The notes: generated by a model not told the origin, from the sequence alone. A DNA stretch of 64,000 bases from Clostridia bacterium (GCA_016278615.1 JADQBM010000006.1:36206-100205); one strand, 5' to 3'. Positions 29,291 through 39,117 are shown, numbered from the stretch's first letter. Program-made: numbers and translations.

Positions 29291-30271
29291 ATGTTGACTT
29301 TTATGAAAGCCTATATTAAATCAATGCGACTATATTACTCATTTATAACTGGTATTTCTGGATGGATTGGTATTGCATTTTATGAACATATTGCTACCTC
29401 TCCTTACCAAACAATCGAAGTCCTTCCATCAACTGAGAAAAAGGCAGTCATATTAATTATGTTATTTCTAAGCTGGGGAATCAACCAAATTATCAATGAT
29501 TATTTAGGGCTTAAAGAAGATAGAATTAATGCACCACAACGGCCTATGGTTACAGGAGAATTAGATTTGCACAAATCTTTATTGGTTTCTTTTTTATTAC
29601 TGACCATGACTTTTATAATTACATTCTTTTTATTGGAACCTCTGGCTTTGATTCCTTTAATACTCGGCATTTTATTAAATGTTTTATACGAACATGCAAA
29701 AGGGTATGGACTTTTAGGGAATATAGTATTTGGATTAATGATTTCAATGTGCGCGGTATTCGGATTTCTTGCAGCAGGGCCGACACAGTCTCCCTATTTT
29801 ACTGAAAGTCGTGTTTCAATTCTTCTTTTAGTCATTATACTCAATGGACTCATGACCTTTTACACTTACTTTAAAGACTATGAAGGGGATAAGGCTGCAG
29901 CTAAAAAAACCCTTGTAGTGAAATTTGGAATTGAAAGATCAAGAATTGTCGCAGTTATTTCATCTTTTATTCCTGCGGCTGCTTTTATACTGCTATATTC
30001 TAATGATTTTATTATGGCAAGAGTAAATACTATGTTTCTGATTTTAGCCGGATTAACACTTTTTTTAGAAATATGGACTGGATATCTTTTTTATAAAAAC
30101 CCTGAGGGGGAAAGAACTTATTATTCATTGGCTGTTAATTTTAGAGCTTGCACCTGTGGCCAGGCGACACTTATCGCTTTATTTAATACAGAACTTGCCA
30201 TGCTTTTATTCTTAGTTTCATATATATTTGTAGGATTATTATTTGATTTACATGCAAATCCAAAATCATAA
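29291..30271 (+). CDS. UbiA-family aromatic/lipid prenyltransferase
   Basis: NQIINDYLGLKEDRINAPQRP (NxxxDxxxD) and YFKDYEGD second Asp-rich motif; ~8-9 TM. Confidence 0.8.
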   Translation: MLTFMKAYIKSMRLYYSFITGISGWIGIAFYEHIATSPYQTIEVLPSTEKKAVILIMLFLSWGINQIINDYLGLKEDRINAPQRPMVTGELDLHKSLLVSFLLLTMTFIITFFLLEPLALIPLILGILLNVLYEHAKGYGLLGNIVFGLMISMCAVFGFLAAGPTQSPYFTESRVSILLLVIILNGLMTFYTYFKDYEGDKAAAKKTLVVKFGIERSRIVAVISSFIPAAAFILLYSNDFIMARVNTMFLILAGLTLFLEIWTGYLFYKNPEGERTYYSLAVNFRACTCGQATLIALFNTELAMLLFLVSYIFVGLLFDLHANPKS

Positions 30272-30314
30272 GATCTAAAGAGTTCATTAAGTTAGAATTA
30301 TTGGGAGTTTTAAA

Positions 30315-31517
30315 ATGAAAGTATTTAAGGCAAAAAAAATCGGAACATGTCTACTAAAAAACAGATTAATTCGTTCTGCAACCTTTGAAGGCATGTGTGA
30401 CTCAAATGGCTTTCCCCTACAGGCCTATGAAGAGTTATACACTAAGTTGGTAGCAGGAGGTGTAGGGGGTATTATTACTGGCTTTGCTTATGTTTCTCTA
30501 GAAGGAAAAGCCATGCAACCCGGTCAAGCAGGTATGGATTCCCAGTCAAAAATTCCCTACTTTAAGTCCATCACGGACAATGTCCACAAATATAATAGCA
30601 AAATTTTCATGCAATTGGCCCACACTGGCCGCCAGACCAGAAAAAAGGAAACCAAACAGGATGTTTGGGGCGTATCAAGAAAGAGATCCTTGTATTTTTT
30701 ACAAAGGCCAAAAGTATTAACGTCTTCTGAAATCTATACAATCATAAATCAGTTTGCACAATCCGCCTTATACGCAAAAATGGCGGGTTTTGATGGGGTA
30801 CAGTTACACGCCGCTCATGGATATCTGATTCATCAATTTATTTTACCATCCATTAACAATAGAAGAGACGAATTTGGGATACCAGAAGGTTCCAACATCG
30901 GCACAAGATTCTTAGAATTGGTTATTGACGCCATTAGGATTCAATGCGGAAATGACTTTCCGTTACTTGTAAAAATAAGTGGTGGCGTAGATTATTGTCA
31001 TCCATTTACCCCAGTGCAATTCAAAAACCTTATAGGTTTCTTGGATTCAAAAAAAGTGGATGCCATTGAAATTAGTTATGGGACTATGGATTATGCTCTA
31101 AGTATCTTTAGAGGTGAAATACCTAAGCAGACCATTTTAGAGCATAATCCTATTTATAAAACCAATCATCCTTTTAAAAAAGTAGTCTTTAACGCATTGA
31201 TTTATCCTTTTATGTCATTAAAAATAAAGTCCTTTACACCTCTTTATAATATTGAGTATGCTAAGTTGGCAAAAGAGATTACGAAGATTCCTATTATTTG
31301 TGTTGGCGGAGTTCGAAAAGGCCAAGAAATTATATCTTGTATTGAGAATAACTCTGTTGATTTCATGAGCTTATGCAGACCACTTATTTGCGAACCTGAT
31401 TTTATCGAAAAATTGAAAAAAGATGAAAATTATATTTCAAAATGCACAAATTGCAATGTATGTGCAATTATGTGTGATGCCTTAGAACAGACTAAGTGCT
31501 ATAGGAGGCTACTATGA
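30315..31517 (+). CDS. Old-Yellow-Enzyme-type NADH:flavin oxidoreductase with C-terminal Cys cluster
   Basis: [31 protein letters not shown] motifs; C-terminal [11 protein letters not shown]. Confidence 0.8.
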   Translation: MKVFKAKKIGTCLLKNRLIRSATFEGMCDSNGFPLQAYEELYTKLVAGGVGGIITGFAYVSLEGKAMQPGQAGMDSQSKIPYFKSITDNVHKYNSKIFMQLAHTGRQTRKKETKQDVWGVSRKRSLYFLQRPKVLTSSEIYTIINQFAQSALYAKMAGFDGVQLHAAHGYLIHQFILPSINNRRDEFGIPEGSNIGTRFLELVIDAIRIQCGNDFPLLVKISGGVDYCHPFTPVQFKNLIGFLDSKKVDAIEISYGTMDYALSIFRGEIPKQTILEHNPIYKTNHPFKKVVFNALIYPFMSLKIKSFTPLYNIEYAKLAKEITKIPIICVGGVRKGQEIISCIENNSVDFMSLCRPLICEPDFIEKLKKDENYISKCTNCNVCAIMCDALEQTKCYRRLL

Positions 31518-31762
31518 ATTTAGAAGAGCGCATTATCACAACATTAAAAAACAACATGGAACGACTCCAAGAGATAAATATAGAAAGCAAATTAAAAGAA
31601 GATCTTGCATTGGATTCATTTGATATATTGATGGTTATATCTGCATTAGAAGATGAATTTTCAATTACGATCAATGAAGAAGACTTTTCAGAGGTTGTTA
31701 CTGTAGGTGATATCGTAGACAGAATGAGAGCAGTAAATAAGAAAGATAAAGATAAAAGATAA
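31514..31762 (+). CDS. acyl carrier protein; C-terminal KKDKDKR tail encoded by the repeat tract
   Basis: 82 aa, [19 protein letters not shown] phosphopantetheine-Ser context; ATGA overlap with the upstream gene. Confidence 0.8.
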   Translation: MNLEERIITTLKNNMERLQEINIESKLKEDLALDSFDILMVISALEDEFSITINEEDFSEVVTVGDIVDRMRAVNKKDKDKR

Positions 31763-31808
31763 TAGTTTAGGATGATTTTGCAACTCTTGTAGCAAAATCT
31801 TCATTTTA
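31739..31808 (+). repeat. E3: solo heptamer-tract/hairpin arm inside the operon
   Basis: AAGAAAGATAAAGATAAAAGATAATAGTTTAGGAT, then GATTTTGC-aactcttgta-GCAAAATC, then TTCATTTT. Confidence 0.85.
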
Positions 31809-31846
31809 AACTTTTTGCTTTGAACCTGATAGTAAAGGAGAAATGT

Positions 31847-33022
31847 ATGGGTTTTGAGAGTTTTTATAAGAGATTTGATGTTGATGAAAGGGTTGCGAAT
31901 GTAGCCGGCTTTAATCCGTATTATATGGAAATCGACTCTGGATTAAATGAAAAGATATGGATGAATGGCAGACAAATCATTAATCTTGCTTCAAATAATT
32001 ACCTTGGCTTAGCAACAGATGAAAGGGTAAAGGAAGCCATTATTTCAGCAGTTGAAAAATATGGCGCATCTTTGTGTGGAACGCCCATATCAACGGGATA
32101 TGTTGATTTGTATAAAAGGCTGGAATACTCATTGTCAAATTTTGTTAGGCTTGAGGATACCATCATACTTCCTTCATGCTATCAAGGAAATAATGGATTA
32201 TTTGTTTCCATTGCAAAAAAGGAAGATCTTATCATTGTTGATCGCTTTGCACATTCCTCATTGATTCAAGGGATTAAGGCTGTTGGCTGTAAGATCAGAC
32301 CTTTTCTACATAATAATTTAGAACATCTTGAAGGTATTTTGAAACGCTCACAAGATTATAAGCAAATCTTTGTTGTTACGGAATCTGTATTCTCAACAGA
32401 TGGGGATATCTCACCCTTTAAGGAAATTATCGATCTATGTGAAAAATACAACGCCTTACCAATCATAGATGATTCCCATGGCATTGGTGTGTTGGGGAAT
32501 ACAGGAAAAGGCATCCTTGAAGAGGAAAACATTATTAACTTCAAAGGCATTTATACCGCTTCCCTTGGTAAGGCCCTGGCCAATTCGGGAGGGATGATAA
32601 GTGGTAAAAAAGAGATTATAAACTACCTGAAATATTACTGTCCTCATTTGGTTTATTCTACTTCACTTACACCCTCAATCTTGGCAGGTATAGAAGCCGT
32701 GTTAAAGATTGTATCCTCAGAATTTGAATCATTAAAAAATAAATTGTATTCAAATAAACAAATTCTATTTGCAAGTCTTATGGAGGCAGGATTTGAAACA
32801 ACTGAGTGTATTGCTCCAATTAATAGCATTAAAACACAGAGCAAAGAAAATACTTTTAAAACAGCAAAAAGCTTTTTTGAGAAGGGCATTCTTTCAACCC
32901 CTTTTATTGAACCCTCTGTTCCTGTAAACCAAGGCTGTATAAGACTCATTGCAGGGGCCAATCTGACTCAGTCTACTATTGAAGAAGCCTGTGAGATTAT
33001 AAAGAGTGTGAGGAAGACATGA
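31847..33022 (+). CDS. PLP-dependent alpha-oxoamine synthase family (Spt/BioF/Kbl-like), divergent
   Basis: NNYLGL, DDSHGIGVLG, PLP-lysine context ASLGKAL; AAAGGAG RBS before ATG 31847. Confidence 0.8.
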   Translation: MGFESFYKRFDVDERVANVAGFNPYYMEIDSGLNEKIWMNGRQIINLASNNYLGLATDERVKEAIISAVEKYGASLCGTPISTGYVDLYKRLEYSLSNFVRLEDTIILPSCYQGNNGLFVSIAKKEDLIIVDRFAHSSLIQGIKAVGCKIRPFLHNNLEHLEGILKRSQDYKQIFVVTESVFSTDGDISPFKEIIDLCEKYNALPIIDDSHGIGVLGNTGKGILEEENIINFKGIYTASLGKALANSGGMISGKKEIINYLKYYCPHLVYSTSLTPSILAGIEAVLKIVSSEFESLKNKLYSNKQILFASLMEAGFETTECIAPINSIKTQSKENTFKTAKSFFEKGILSTPFIEPSVPVNQGCIRLIAGANLTQSTIEEACEIIKSVRKT

Positions 33023-33999
33023 AATATTTTCTTATCTTGAACCCTGGTTCTAAGGGAGGAAAAAGCAGAAAAAAATTCAAAACGATACTGGATATCTTGG
33101 AAGAGAACAATATTTCTTATGATTACAAGATAACCACAACCCTTGAAGATGCCACTGTTTTTTCAGCAGAAGCCAATCAAAAAGGTTATGATGTCATTGT
33201 ATCTGTAGGTGGTGACGGAACGATTAATAGAGTCATCAATGGATTTTTTGATCCTTATGGCAAAAGAATATCCCATTCAAAATTAGGCGTCATCTACACG
33301 GGAACAAGCCCTGATTTCTGCAAAAGCTATCATGTTCCTTTAAAAATCGAAAATGCAATGGGTGTATTGATTTCGGCCAAAAGCAAAAAAATTCAGATTG
33401 GCAAAATAAGTCATGCTTTACATTTTGAAAAAATCTTAGAGGGTCAAGCTTTGCCAATTAATTACCACCCCATGAAAACCAGCTACTTTGCATGCTGTGC
33501 CAATATTGGTATAGGTGCTTCACTTGCTAAGAATGCAAATAGTGGCATCAGAAAGTGGTTGGGGGATTACGGTGGAACCTTTATTTCTCTTATTAAAGCA
33601 TTAAAAAAATACGAAGCTTCAAGTTTTACAGTAACCTTAGATGGAAAAAAGCAAATCCTCCAAAAAGTTTATAATATAGGAGTAGGCCGAACGACTTTTA
33701 TTGCCTCTGGAATAAAAGTTAAAAACAATTTACAACCAGGTGATGGTCTTTTTTATAATCTTATAATTAAAAACATAAGTTTTTTTAATTGCCTTGGTAT
33801 ATTAAAAAAAATATATAGTGGAAAAGATATTATCAATGGACCTATTATTGCATTGAAATATGCAAAAGTCATAGAAATTTACGGGTGCAATAAGAATCCT
33901 GAGTTGGAGTTTGACGGTGATGCAAGTGGTTATCTTCCATGCCTGATAGAATCAACTCGAGACCCATTGGACTTAATTTGCGAGGTGCAAAATGAGTAA
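33019..33999 (+). CDS. DAGK-catalytic-domain lipid kinase (YegS/BmrU-like)
   Basis: ILNPGSKGGK, VSVGGDGTINRVINGF; ATGA overlap with the upstream gene. Confidence 0.8.
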   Translation: MKYFLILNPGSKGGKSRKKFKTILDILEENNISYDYKITTTLEDATVFSAEANQKGYDVIVSVGGDGTINRVINGFFDPYGKRISHSKLGVIYTGTSPDFCKSYHVPLKIENAMGVLISAKSKKIQIGKISHALHFEKILEGQALPINYHPMKTSYFACCANIGIGASLAKNANSGIRKWLGDYGGTFISLIKALKKYEASSFTVTLDGKKQILQKVYNIGVGRTTFIASGIKVKNNLQPGDGLFYNLIIKNISFFNCLGILKKIYSGKDIINGPIIALKYAKVIEIYGCNKNPELEFDGDASGYLPCLIESTRDPLDLICEVQNE

Positions 34000-34999
34000 A
34001 GAGAAAGAAATGATTGAAATCATCAACAAACACATGCCGAAAAGTCCAACACAGTTGAATAAATTGTTTGAATCAGATGCTGAAATCATCGATTTTCAAA
34101 GCAAAAGACTTGCCTATAGCATGGATGAATTTTCCGAAGAAGATTTATTATCAGATGAAGACGCCTATACCCTTGGGTGGAATATGGCAGTGGGGTGTAT
34201 AAGTGATATCTTGGCCAGCGGCGGAAATCCTAAGTATTATGCCCATAGTCTTGCAGTTAATCGCACATGGACAAAGGAATATATTGAAAAGCTTTCAATG
34301 GGAATAGGCAAGGCTCTAGAAGAAGCGGGAATGTCCTTTATTGGGGGAGATTTTAGTATTGCAAAGACTTGGCGATATACAGGCTCCATAATCGGTGAAC
34401 TTATAGGAAATCCCTTATTAAGGCGTGGAGCAAAAGTTGGAGATCTAATATTTATTTCCGGCAGAATAGGCGCTGGAAATATTGATGCCGCTCTTAAGCT
34501 TTATTGGGATAACCCAAGAGACATTAAAATACCTAAACAGTTTAAGAGTCGGTTTAAACTTCGAAAAAATGAGGCGTTATTAATCAAAGAATTTGCTCAT
34601 TGTTGTATAGATACAAGTGATGGCGTTTTAAGTGCACTTAAGGCAGTATCTGACATCAATGAAACTGGCTATAAAGTGAGTTATTTACCCTATAAAAAGA
34701 GGGGCATCTTCCTTGCGAAATTACTAAATCTGCCCAAAGAATTGTTATTTTTTGGGGGATGTGGCGAGTACGAGCTACTTTTTACTATTAGCAAAGAGGC
34801 ATCTGAAGATTTTTTAATTCAATCCAAGAAAAGAAATTTTAAATTTTATAAAATTGGCGAAATAAAAGAAAAAGACATTCAGTTATTGCATACTAAAGAG
34901 AAAGAAATTGATTTAAATTTATATGATTTATGTGCAAGAGACTATGAAAACCCCAAAGATTATTTGAAGGATGCGATTCATTTTTTGCATGTTAAATAA
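33992..34999 (+). CDS. PurM/AIR-synthase-superfamily protein (ThiL-like ATP-dependent enzyme)
   Basis: SDAEIID...YSMDEF...ISDILASGGNP...FIGGD... resembles ThiL/PurM N- and C-domains; 8-nt overlap with the kinase gene. Confidence 0.65.
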   Translation: MSKEKEMIEIINKHMPKSPTQLNKLFESDAEIIDFQSKRLAYSMDEFSEEDLLSDEDAYTLGWNMAVGCISDILASGGNPKYYAHSLAVNRTWTKEYIEKLSMGIGKALEEAGMSFIGGDFSIAKTWRYTGSIIGELIGNPLLRRGAKVGDLIFISGRIGAGNIDAALKLYWDNPRDIKIPKQFKSRFKLRKNEALLIKEFAHCCIDTSDGVLSALKAVSDINETGYKVSYLPYKKRGIFLAKLLNLPKELLFFGGCGEYELLFTISKEASEDFLIQSKKRNFKFYKIGEIKEKDIQLLHTKEKEIDLNLYDLCARDYENPKDYLKDAIHFLHVK

Positions 35000-35016
35000 G
35001 AAAGATGGCGTTTATT

Positions 35017-36273
35017 ATGAAGCGAAGAGTTGTTATTACAGGAATAGGTCCTGCAACAGCTATAGGGATCGGGAAAGAAGAATTATTCCAAAGTGTCTTG
35101 GAAATGAAAACATGCATTTTAAAGATACCAGATTGTTATGAAAAGAATTATACTTTTAAGTCTCGTTATTTTGTTCCCAAGCCTGTGTTTTCCTTAGTGG
35201 ATTATGGTATTCCTAAATCCTCTGAATATATTATGGAGGAGATCTCACGACTTTCAGTTCTGTGTACAAGGTTGGCTCTGGAAGATGCAAAGTTTAAAAT
35301 CAAGAAAAGGGGTCAATTTTTTGAAGTGGTGGATTGCCCAAAGAACTCTATGACGATACTTGGCATAGGGATGAGCAGTCTTCAGACAGCTTTTGATTCT
35401 TATACAGCTCATAATACAGAAAATAGCAAGAATCGTTTTAATCGGATGGTGATTCCCATGTTGATGCCAAACTCAGCATCGTCTTGGGTATCTATTGTAT
35501 ATGGTACAAATGGTTTTAATTATACGGTAAACGCTGCCTGTGCATCTGGAAGTCTGGCAATAGGTGAGGCTTATTCCAATATCCTAAATGGCAAATGTGA
35601 TGTGGCCATAACCGGTGGGGTTGAAGCTCTGGCTGAAAAAGAGGGTGCTGTTATGAGAGGCTTTGACATGCTCACAACTCTTACAAAATCAAAAGATGGC
35701 AAACCTTTACCTTTTTCAAAACAACGAAGCGGATTTTTATTTAACGAGGGCGCAGGATGCGTTCTGATCCTTGAAGAACTCCAAAATGCTCGCAAGAGAG
35801 GCGCTGATATATACGCGGAAATAGTGGGATATGAAAGTTCCAGTGATTCACATCATATTGTTCAGATGGAACCTTCAGGACAAAACATTGCTATGCTCTT
35901 TGAAAAGCTAACTAAGGGAATAAAGATTGATTATTTAAACGCCCATGGAACAGCAACCCTTTCCAATGATGAAATTGAAGCTAAAATCATTCAAGATTTG
36001 TTTGGAGACAAAAGCACCCAACCCACTATAAATTCAACAAAAGGTATTTTAGGACACAGCATCGGTGCAAACGGAGCCATAGAGGCTGCCGTAACAGCTA
36101 TGTCAATAAAAAATGCCTTAATACATGGGAATCTAACAACAGACCCAATGGACAACTTAAATCTTCCCATGACAACCATTGAAGCTAAAATCAAATATGC
36201 TATTTCCGCTTCATATGGCTTTGGGGGACATAATGTCTTATTATTATTGAAGAGGTTTGAAGAAAATGAATAA
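35017..36273 (+). CDS. beta-ketoacyl-ACP synthase (KAS I/II family)
   Basis: MKRRVVITGIG, active-site AACASGS, NAHGTAT and GHSIGANG His motifs. Confidence 0.85.
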   Translation: MKRRVVITGIGPATAIGIGKEELFQSVLEMKTCILKIPDCYEKNYTFKSRYFVPKPVFSLVDYGIPKSSEYIMEEISRLSVLCTRLALEDAKFKIKKRGQFFEVVDCPKNSMTILGIGMSSLQTAFDSYTAHNTENSKNRFNRMVIPMLMPNSASSWVSIVYGTNGFNYTVNAACASGSLAIGEAYSNILNGKCDVAITGGVEALAEKEGAVMRGFDMLTTLTKSKDGKPLPFSKQRSGFLFNEGAGCVLILEELQNARKRGADIYAEIVGYESSSDSHHIVQMEPSGQNIAMLFEKLTKGIKIDYLNAHGTATLSNDEIEAKIIQDLFGDKSTQPTINSTKGILGHSIGANGAIEAAVTAMSIKNALIHGNLTTDPMDNLNLPMTTIEAKIKYAISASYGFGGHNVLLLLKRFEENE

Positions 36274-37297
36274 TGTAATGATTACAGGTGCCACTGGCTT
36301 TATTGGCAGTCACATTGTCCGAATTTTTTGTGAGAATCAGATTCATGTGGGTTGTTTAATGAGAGAAACCAGCAATAGAAAGAACCTAAATGGACTGCCA
36401 ATAGAAATAAAGATTGGCGATATAAGAGAGGGCGAAGGGATAGAAACTGCATTTCAAGGATACGATTGTGTCATTCATAATGCTGCAAAAGCAGAGGACT
36501 GGGGACATTATGATGAATTTTTTCAAACAAATGTGATGGGAACATTAAATGTATTAAGAGCATCTGTAAAAGCAGGTGTTAAGAATATCATTTTAACTGC
36601 TTCTAATTCCGTTTATGGAGAAGAAAACAGTTTTATTGTAAAAGATGAGAATTCACCCTACAAGTCTCACTACAAATATTTCGGAGATGGTGTTTTCCCG
36701 TGCAAATTGAATTATTATCGCGATACCAAGGCCTTGGCAAAAAAAGAAGCCATAAAATTTGCTAAAGAACATGATTTGAACCTTACGATCATAGAGCCTG
36801 TTTGGGTTTATGGCGAAAGGGAATTCAATACTGGGTTTTATGAGTATATTAAGACAGCTGGAACCGGCATTGTGTTTTTGCCAGGATCGAAAAAAAATAA
36901 ATTTCATGTTGTGTATGCAGGGGATCTCGCCAGGGCCTACCTTGCTGCGTATAAGAAACACTTGGTAGGCATCAACTGTATACTTATTGGAAATGAAAAA
37001 GCTGAAAGCATGGACAAAATCTATAGACTGTTTTGCTTAGAAGCTGGAATTAGAAAGCCTTTCAATATCCCAAAGATCCTAGTATATCCAATAGCATTTA
37101 AACTAGAGTTACTCTACACGATATTTCGCGCTAAGAAACCACCCCTTCTAACCCGGGGAAGGGTCAATATGTTTTATGATAATATCGAGTTCTCAGTTAA
37201 AAAAGCAGAGGAACTTCTGGGGTTTACAAACCAATATACTTTAGAGGAAGGAATCAAAAAAACAGTTGCTTGGTATAAGGAGCAGAAGCTAATTTGA
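36266..37297 (+). CDS. NAD-dependent epimerase/dehydratase-family reductase
   Basis: ITGATGFIGSH Rossmann, YYRDTKALAKK (YxxxK); 8-nt overlap with KAS. Confidence 0.8.
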   Translation: MNNVMITGATGFIGSHIVRIFCENQIHVGCLMRETSNRKNLNGLPIEIKIGDIREGEGIETAFQGYDCVIHNAAKAEDWGHYDEFFQTNVMGTLNVLRASVKAGVKNIILTASNSVYGEENSFIVKDENSPYKSHYKYFGDGVFPCKLNYYRDTKALAKKEAIKFAKEHDLNLTIIEPVWVYGEREFNTGFYEYIKTAGTGIVFLPGSKKNKFHVVYAGDLARAYLAAYKKHLVGINCILIGNEKAESMDKIYRLFCLEAGIRKPFNIPKILVYPIAFKLELLYTIFRAKKPPLLTRGRVNMFYDNIEFSVKKAEELLGFTNQYTLEEGIKKTVAWYKEQKLI

Positions 37298-37323
37298 TAC
37301 AAGTGATAGGAAACTGGAAAATG

Positions 37324-37622
37324 AAGATAAAAGATAATAGATAATAGATAACAGTTAAGGATGATTTTGTTCCAAAATCTTCGTTTTAATTTAAAAGAGT
37401 AAGAAGATGCGTAGAGACGACCCTTGCGGTTGTCCGTATGAGATAAAAGAGTATTTGTCATCGCGAGGAGTATAGCGACGTGGCGATCTATCATAAAGCA
37501 AAATAAAGGTAACTGTAGGGGCTGGTCCTGTGCCTGCCCGAACAAGATTCAGGTTTATTATTCAAATGAAGATTTTGTGTAACAAAATCCTTCCTAAACT
37601 ATTATCTGTTATCTATTACCTA
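37324..37622. repeat. E4: inverted pair of heptamer-tract/hairpin arms enclosing a ~170-nt GC-richer cargo (MITE-like)
   Basis: Left arm 37324-37388 (hairpin GATTTTG-ttc-CAAAATC 37363-37379). Right arm 37563-37622 is its reverse complement (hairpin 37571-37589). Interior has several hairpins and no credible ORF. Confidence 0.85.
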
Positions 37623-37636
37623 TAAGGGAGATTATT

Positions 37637-38932
37637 ATGATAAAAACAAATAATGTCACTGGGATTCATAAAAATTTATTTAATTTGAAATTGAAAATCT
37701 TTGTTTTCTTTTATTTCATTCCTGAGTTTATTAAAGGAAATATTTCATTAAAAAGATATACGCTCTTTTTAAAAAGACTTTTACTTTTCCTTGCAAAGAT
37801 GCAACACAATAAATTTGTAAAAATCGGAAGCAAAACTCGAATGAATTTATATGTCCCGGGTTTTGCTTCAAAAGCATTTCTCACGGCCTGTAAGAAATTT
37901 TTACAATTTGAAAATCAAATGCCTTGTACAACGGTTTTAATATCCATTACTTCTTCTTGTACATATCACTGTAGCCATTGTTATCAAAAACTCGATAAAG
38001 GCAAAGATGTGGATTTAAACTTATTGATTCCAATTGTGAAAAAACTTCAAGACAGGGGCATTGCTTTCTTCAATATTGAAGGAGGGGAGCCATTTTTAGT
38101 CTATGACAGATTAAAAAGTATCTGCACATCCATTGATGAGAGATCAGAAATCTGGATAAACTCAACGGGTGTTGGAATTACCATAGAGAGACTAATGGAA
38201 TTGAAAAAAATGAATGTTACTGCTATCATGTTTTCTTTACATAGTTCTCAGCGGGATATTTTTAATGATTTTATGGGGGATGATTCTGCGTGGGATACAC
38301 TTGAATCCGCTATTCATCTATGTCATGAAGCAGGCTTAGGAGTTACCTTTAATTCATGTCTTATGAAAGATGATTTTTACAACGGGAATTTTGAAAAAAT
38401 CATGGAAACTACTAAAAAATATAACGCCTCCTTGGTTCAAATCATAAAGCCAAAGCCTTCCGGCGGATGGCTTGAAAAAGAAGATATAGAATTTACTCAA
38501 ATGGATATAGACGATATTAAGAAAAAGGTTCTTCGATACAATTCCCAGCATAAGTTTAAAGAATACCCTTCGATTTTTGCTCAGATTATTGAAGAGGATA
38601 AAGATGTTTTTGGCTGCACAGCGGGTGGAATAGACAGGTTTTATATCAATGCAAAAGGAGACATTCAGCCATGTGAGTTTCTAAACATATCTTTTGGGAA
38701 CATAAGAGAAGAAGATTTCGAAACCATCTATAATAGAATGAGAAATTCTTTTGAGTGGGGAGGGGATTGCATGATTTGTGAGAAATATGCTAAGGAAGTT
38801 CGTGAAATCTTTAAAGATAATCATTTATCATCCTTACCCCTTTCTTCAACACTATCTGAAAAGATTTATGGTTCATGGGATAGAGGTGACAAGACGGAAT
38901 TGTATGAAAAGCTGGAAGAGATTAAAGGATAG
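37637..38932 (+). CDS. radical SAM enzyme with extra C-terminal Cys motifs
   Basis: CTYHCSHCYQ cluster motif; C-terminal CTAGG...QPCEF and CMICEKY cysteines. Confidence 0.8.
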   Translation: MIKTNNVTGIHKNLFNLKLKIFVFFYFIPEFIKGNISLKRYTLFLKRLLLFLAKMQHNKFVKIGSKTRMNLYVPGFASKAFLTACKKFLQFENQMPCTTVLISITSSCTYHCSHCYQKLDKGKDVDLNLLIPIVKKLQDRGIAFFNIEGGEPFLVYDRLKSICTSIDERSEIWINSTGVGITIERLMELKKMNVTAIMFSLHSSQRDIFNDFMGDDSAWDTLESAIHLCHEAGLGVTFNSCLMKDDFYNGNFEKIMETTKKYNASLVQIIKPKPSGGWLEKEDIEFTQMDIDDIKKKVLRYNSQHKFKEYPSIFAQIIEEDKDVFGCTAGGIDRFYINAKGDIQPCEFLNISFGNIREEDFETIYNRMRNSFEWGGDCMICEKYAKEVREIFKDNHLSSLPLSSTLSEKIYGSWDRGDKTELYEKLEEIKG

Positions 38933-39040
38933 ATATCAGAAAATAGATAACAGATAATAGATAAGGGATAGATAAGAGATAACAGATAATAGATAAGAGT
39001 TGAGGAGGATTTTGCATGAAATAGGCAAAATCTTCTTTTG
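38931..39040 (+). repeat. E5: solo heptamer-tract/hairpin arm
   Basis: ~10 AGATAAN-type units, AGTTGAGG, GATTTTGC-atgaaatag-GCAAAATC (39008-39032), TTCTTTTG. Confidence 0.85.
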
Positions 39041-39117
39041 TTTAGATTAATACCTTTTGTTTAGGGTAATCTAATAAGTGAGAAGTTGTAAAAATAACAA
39101 CGTAAAGGAGAATTTCT

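Noticed and set aside
37174-37545. 123-aa minus-strand ORF across the E4 interior
   Set aside because: It runs through a heptamer repeat arm and antisense into the 3' end of the reductase CDS. Composition is low-complexity and there is no RBS.
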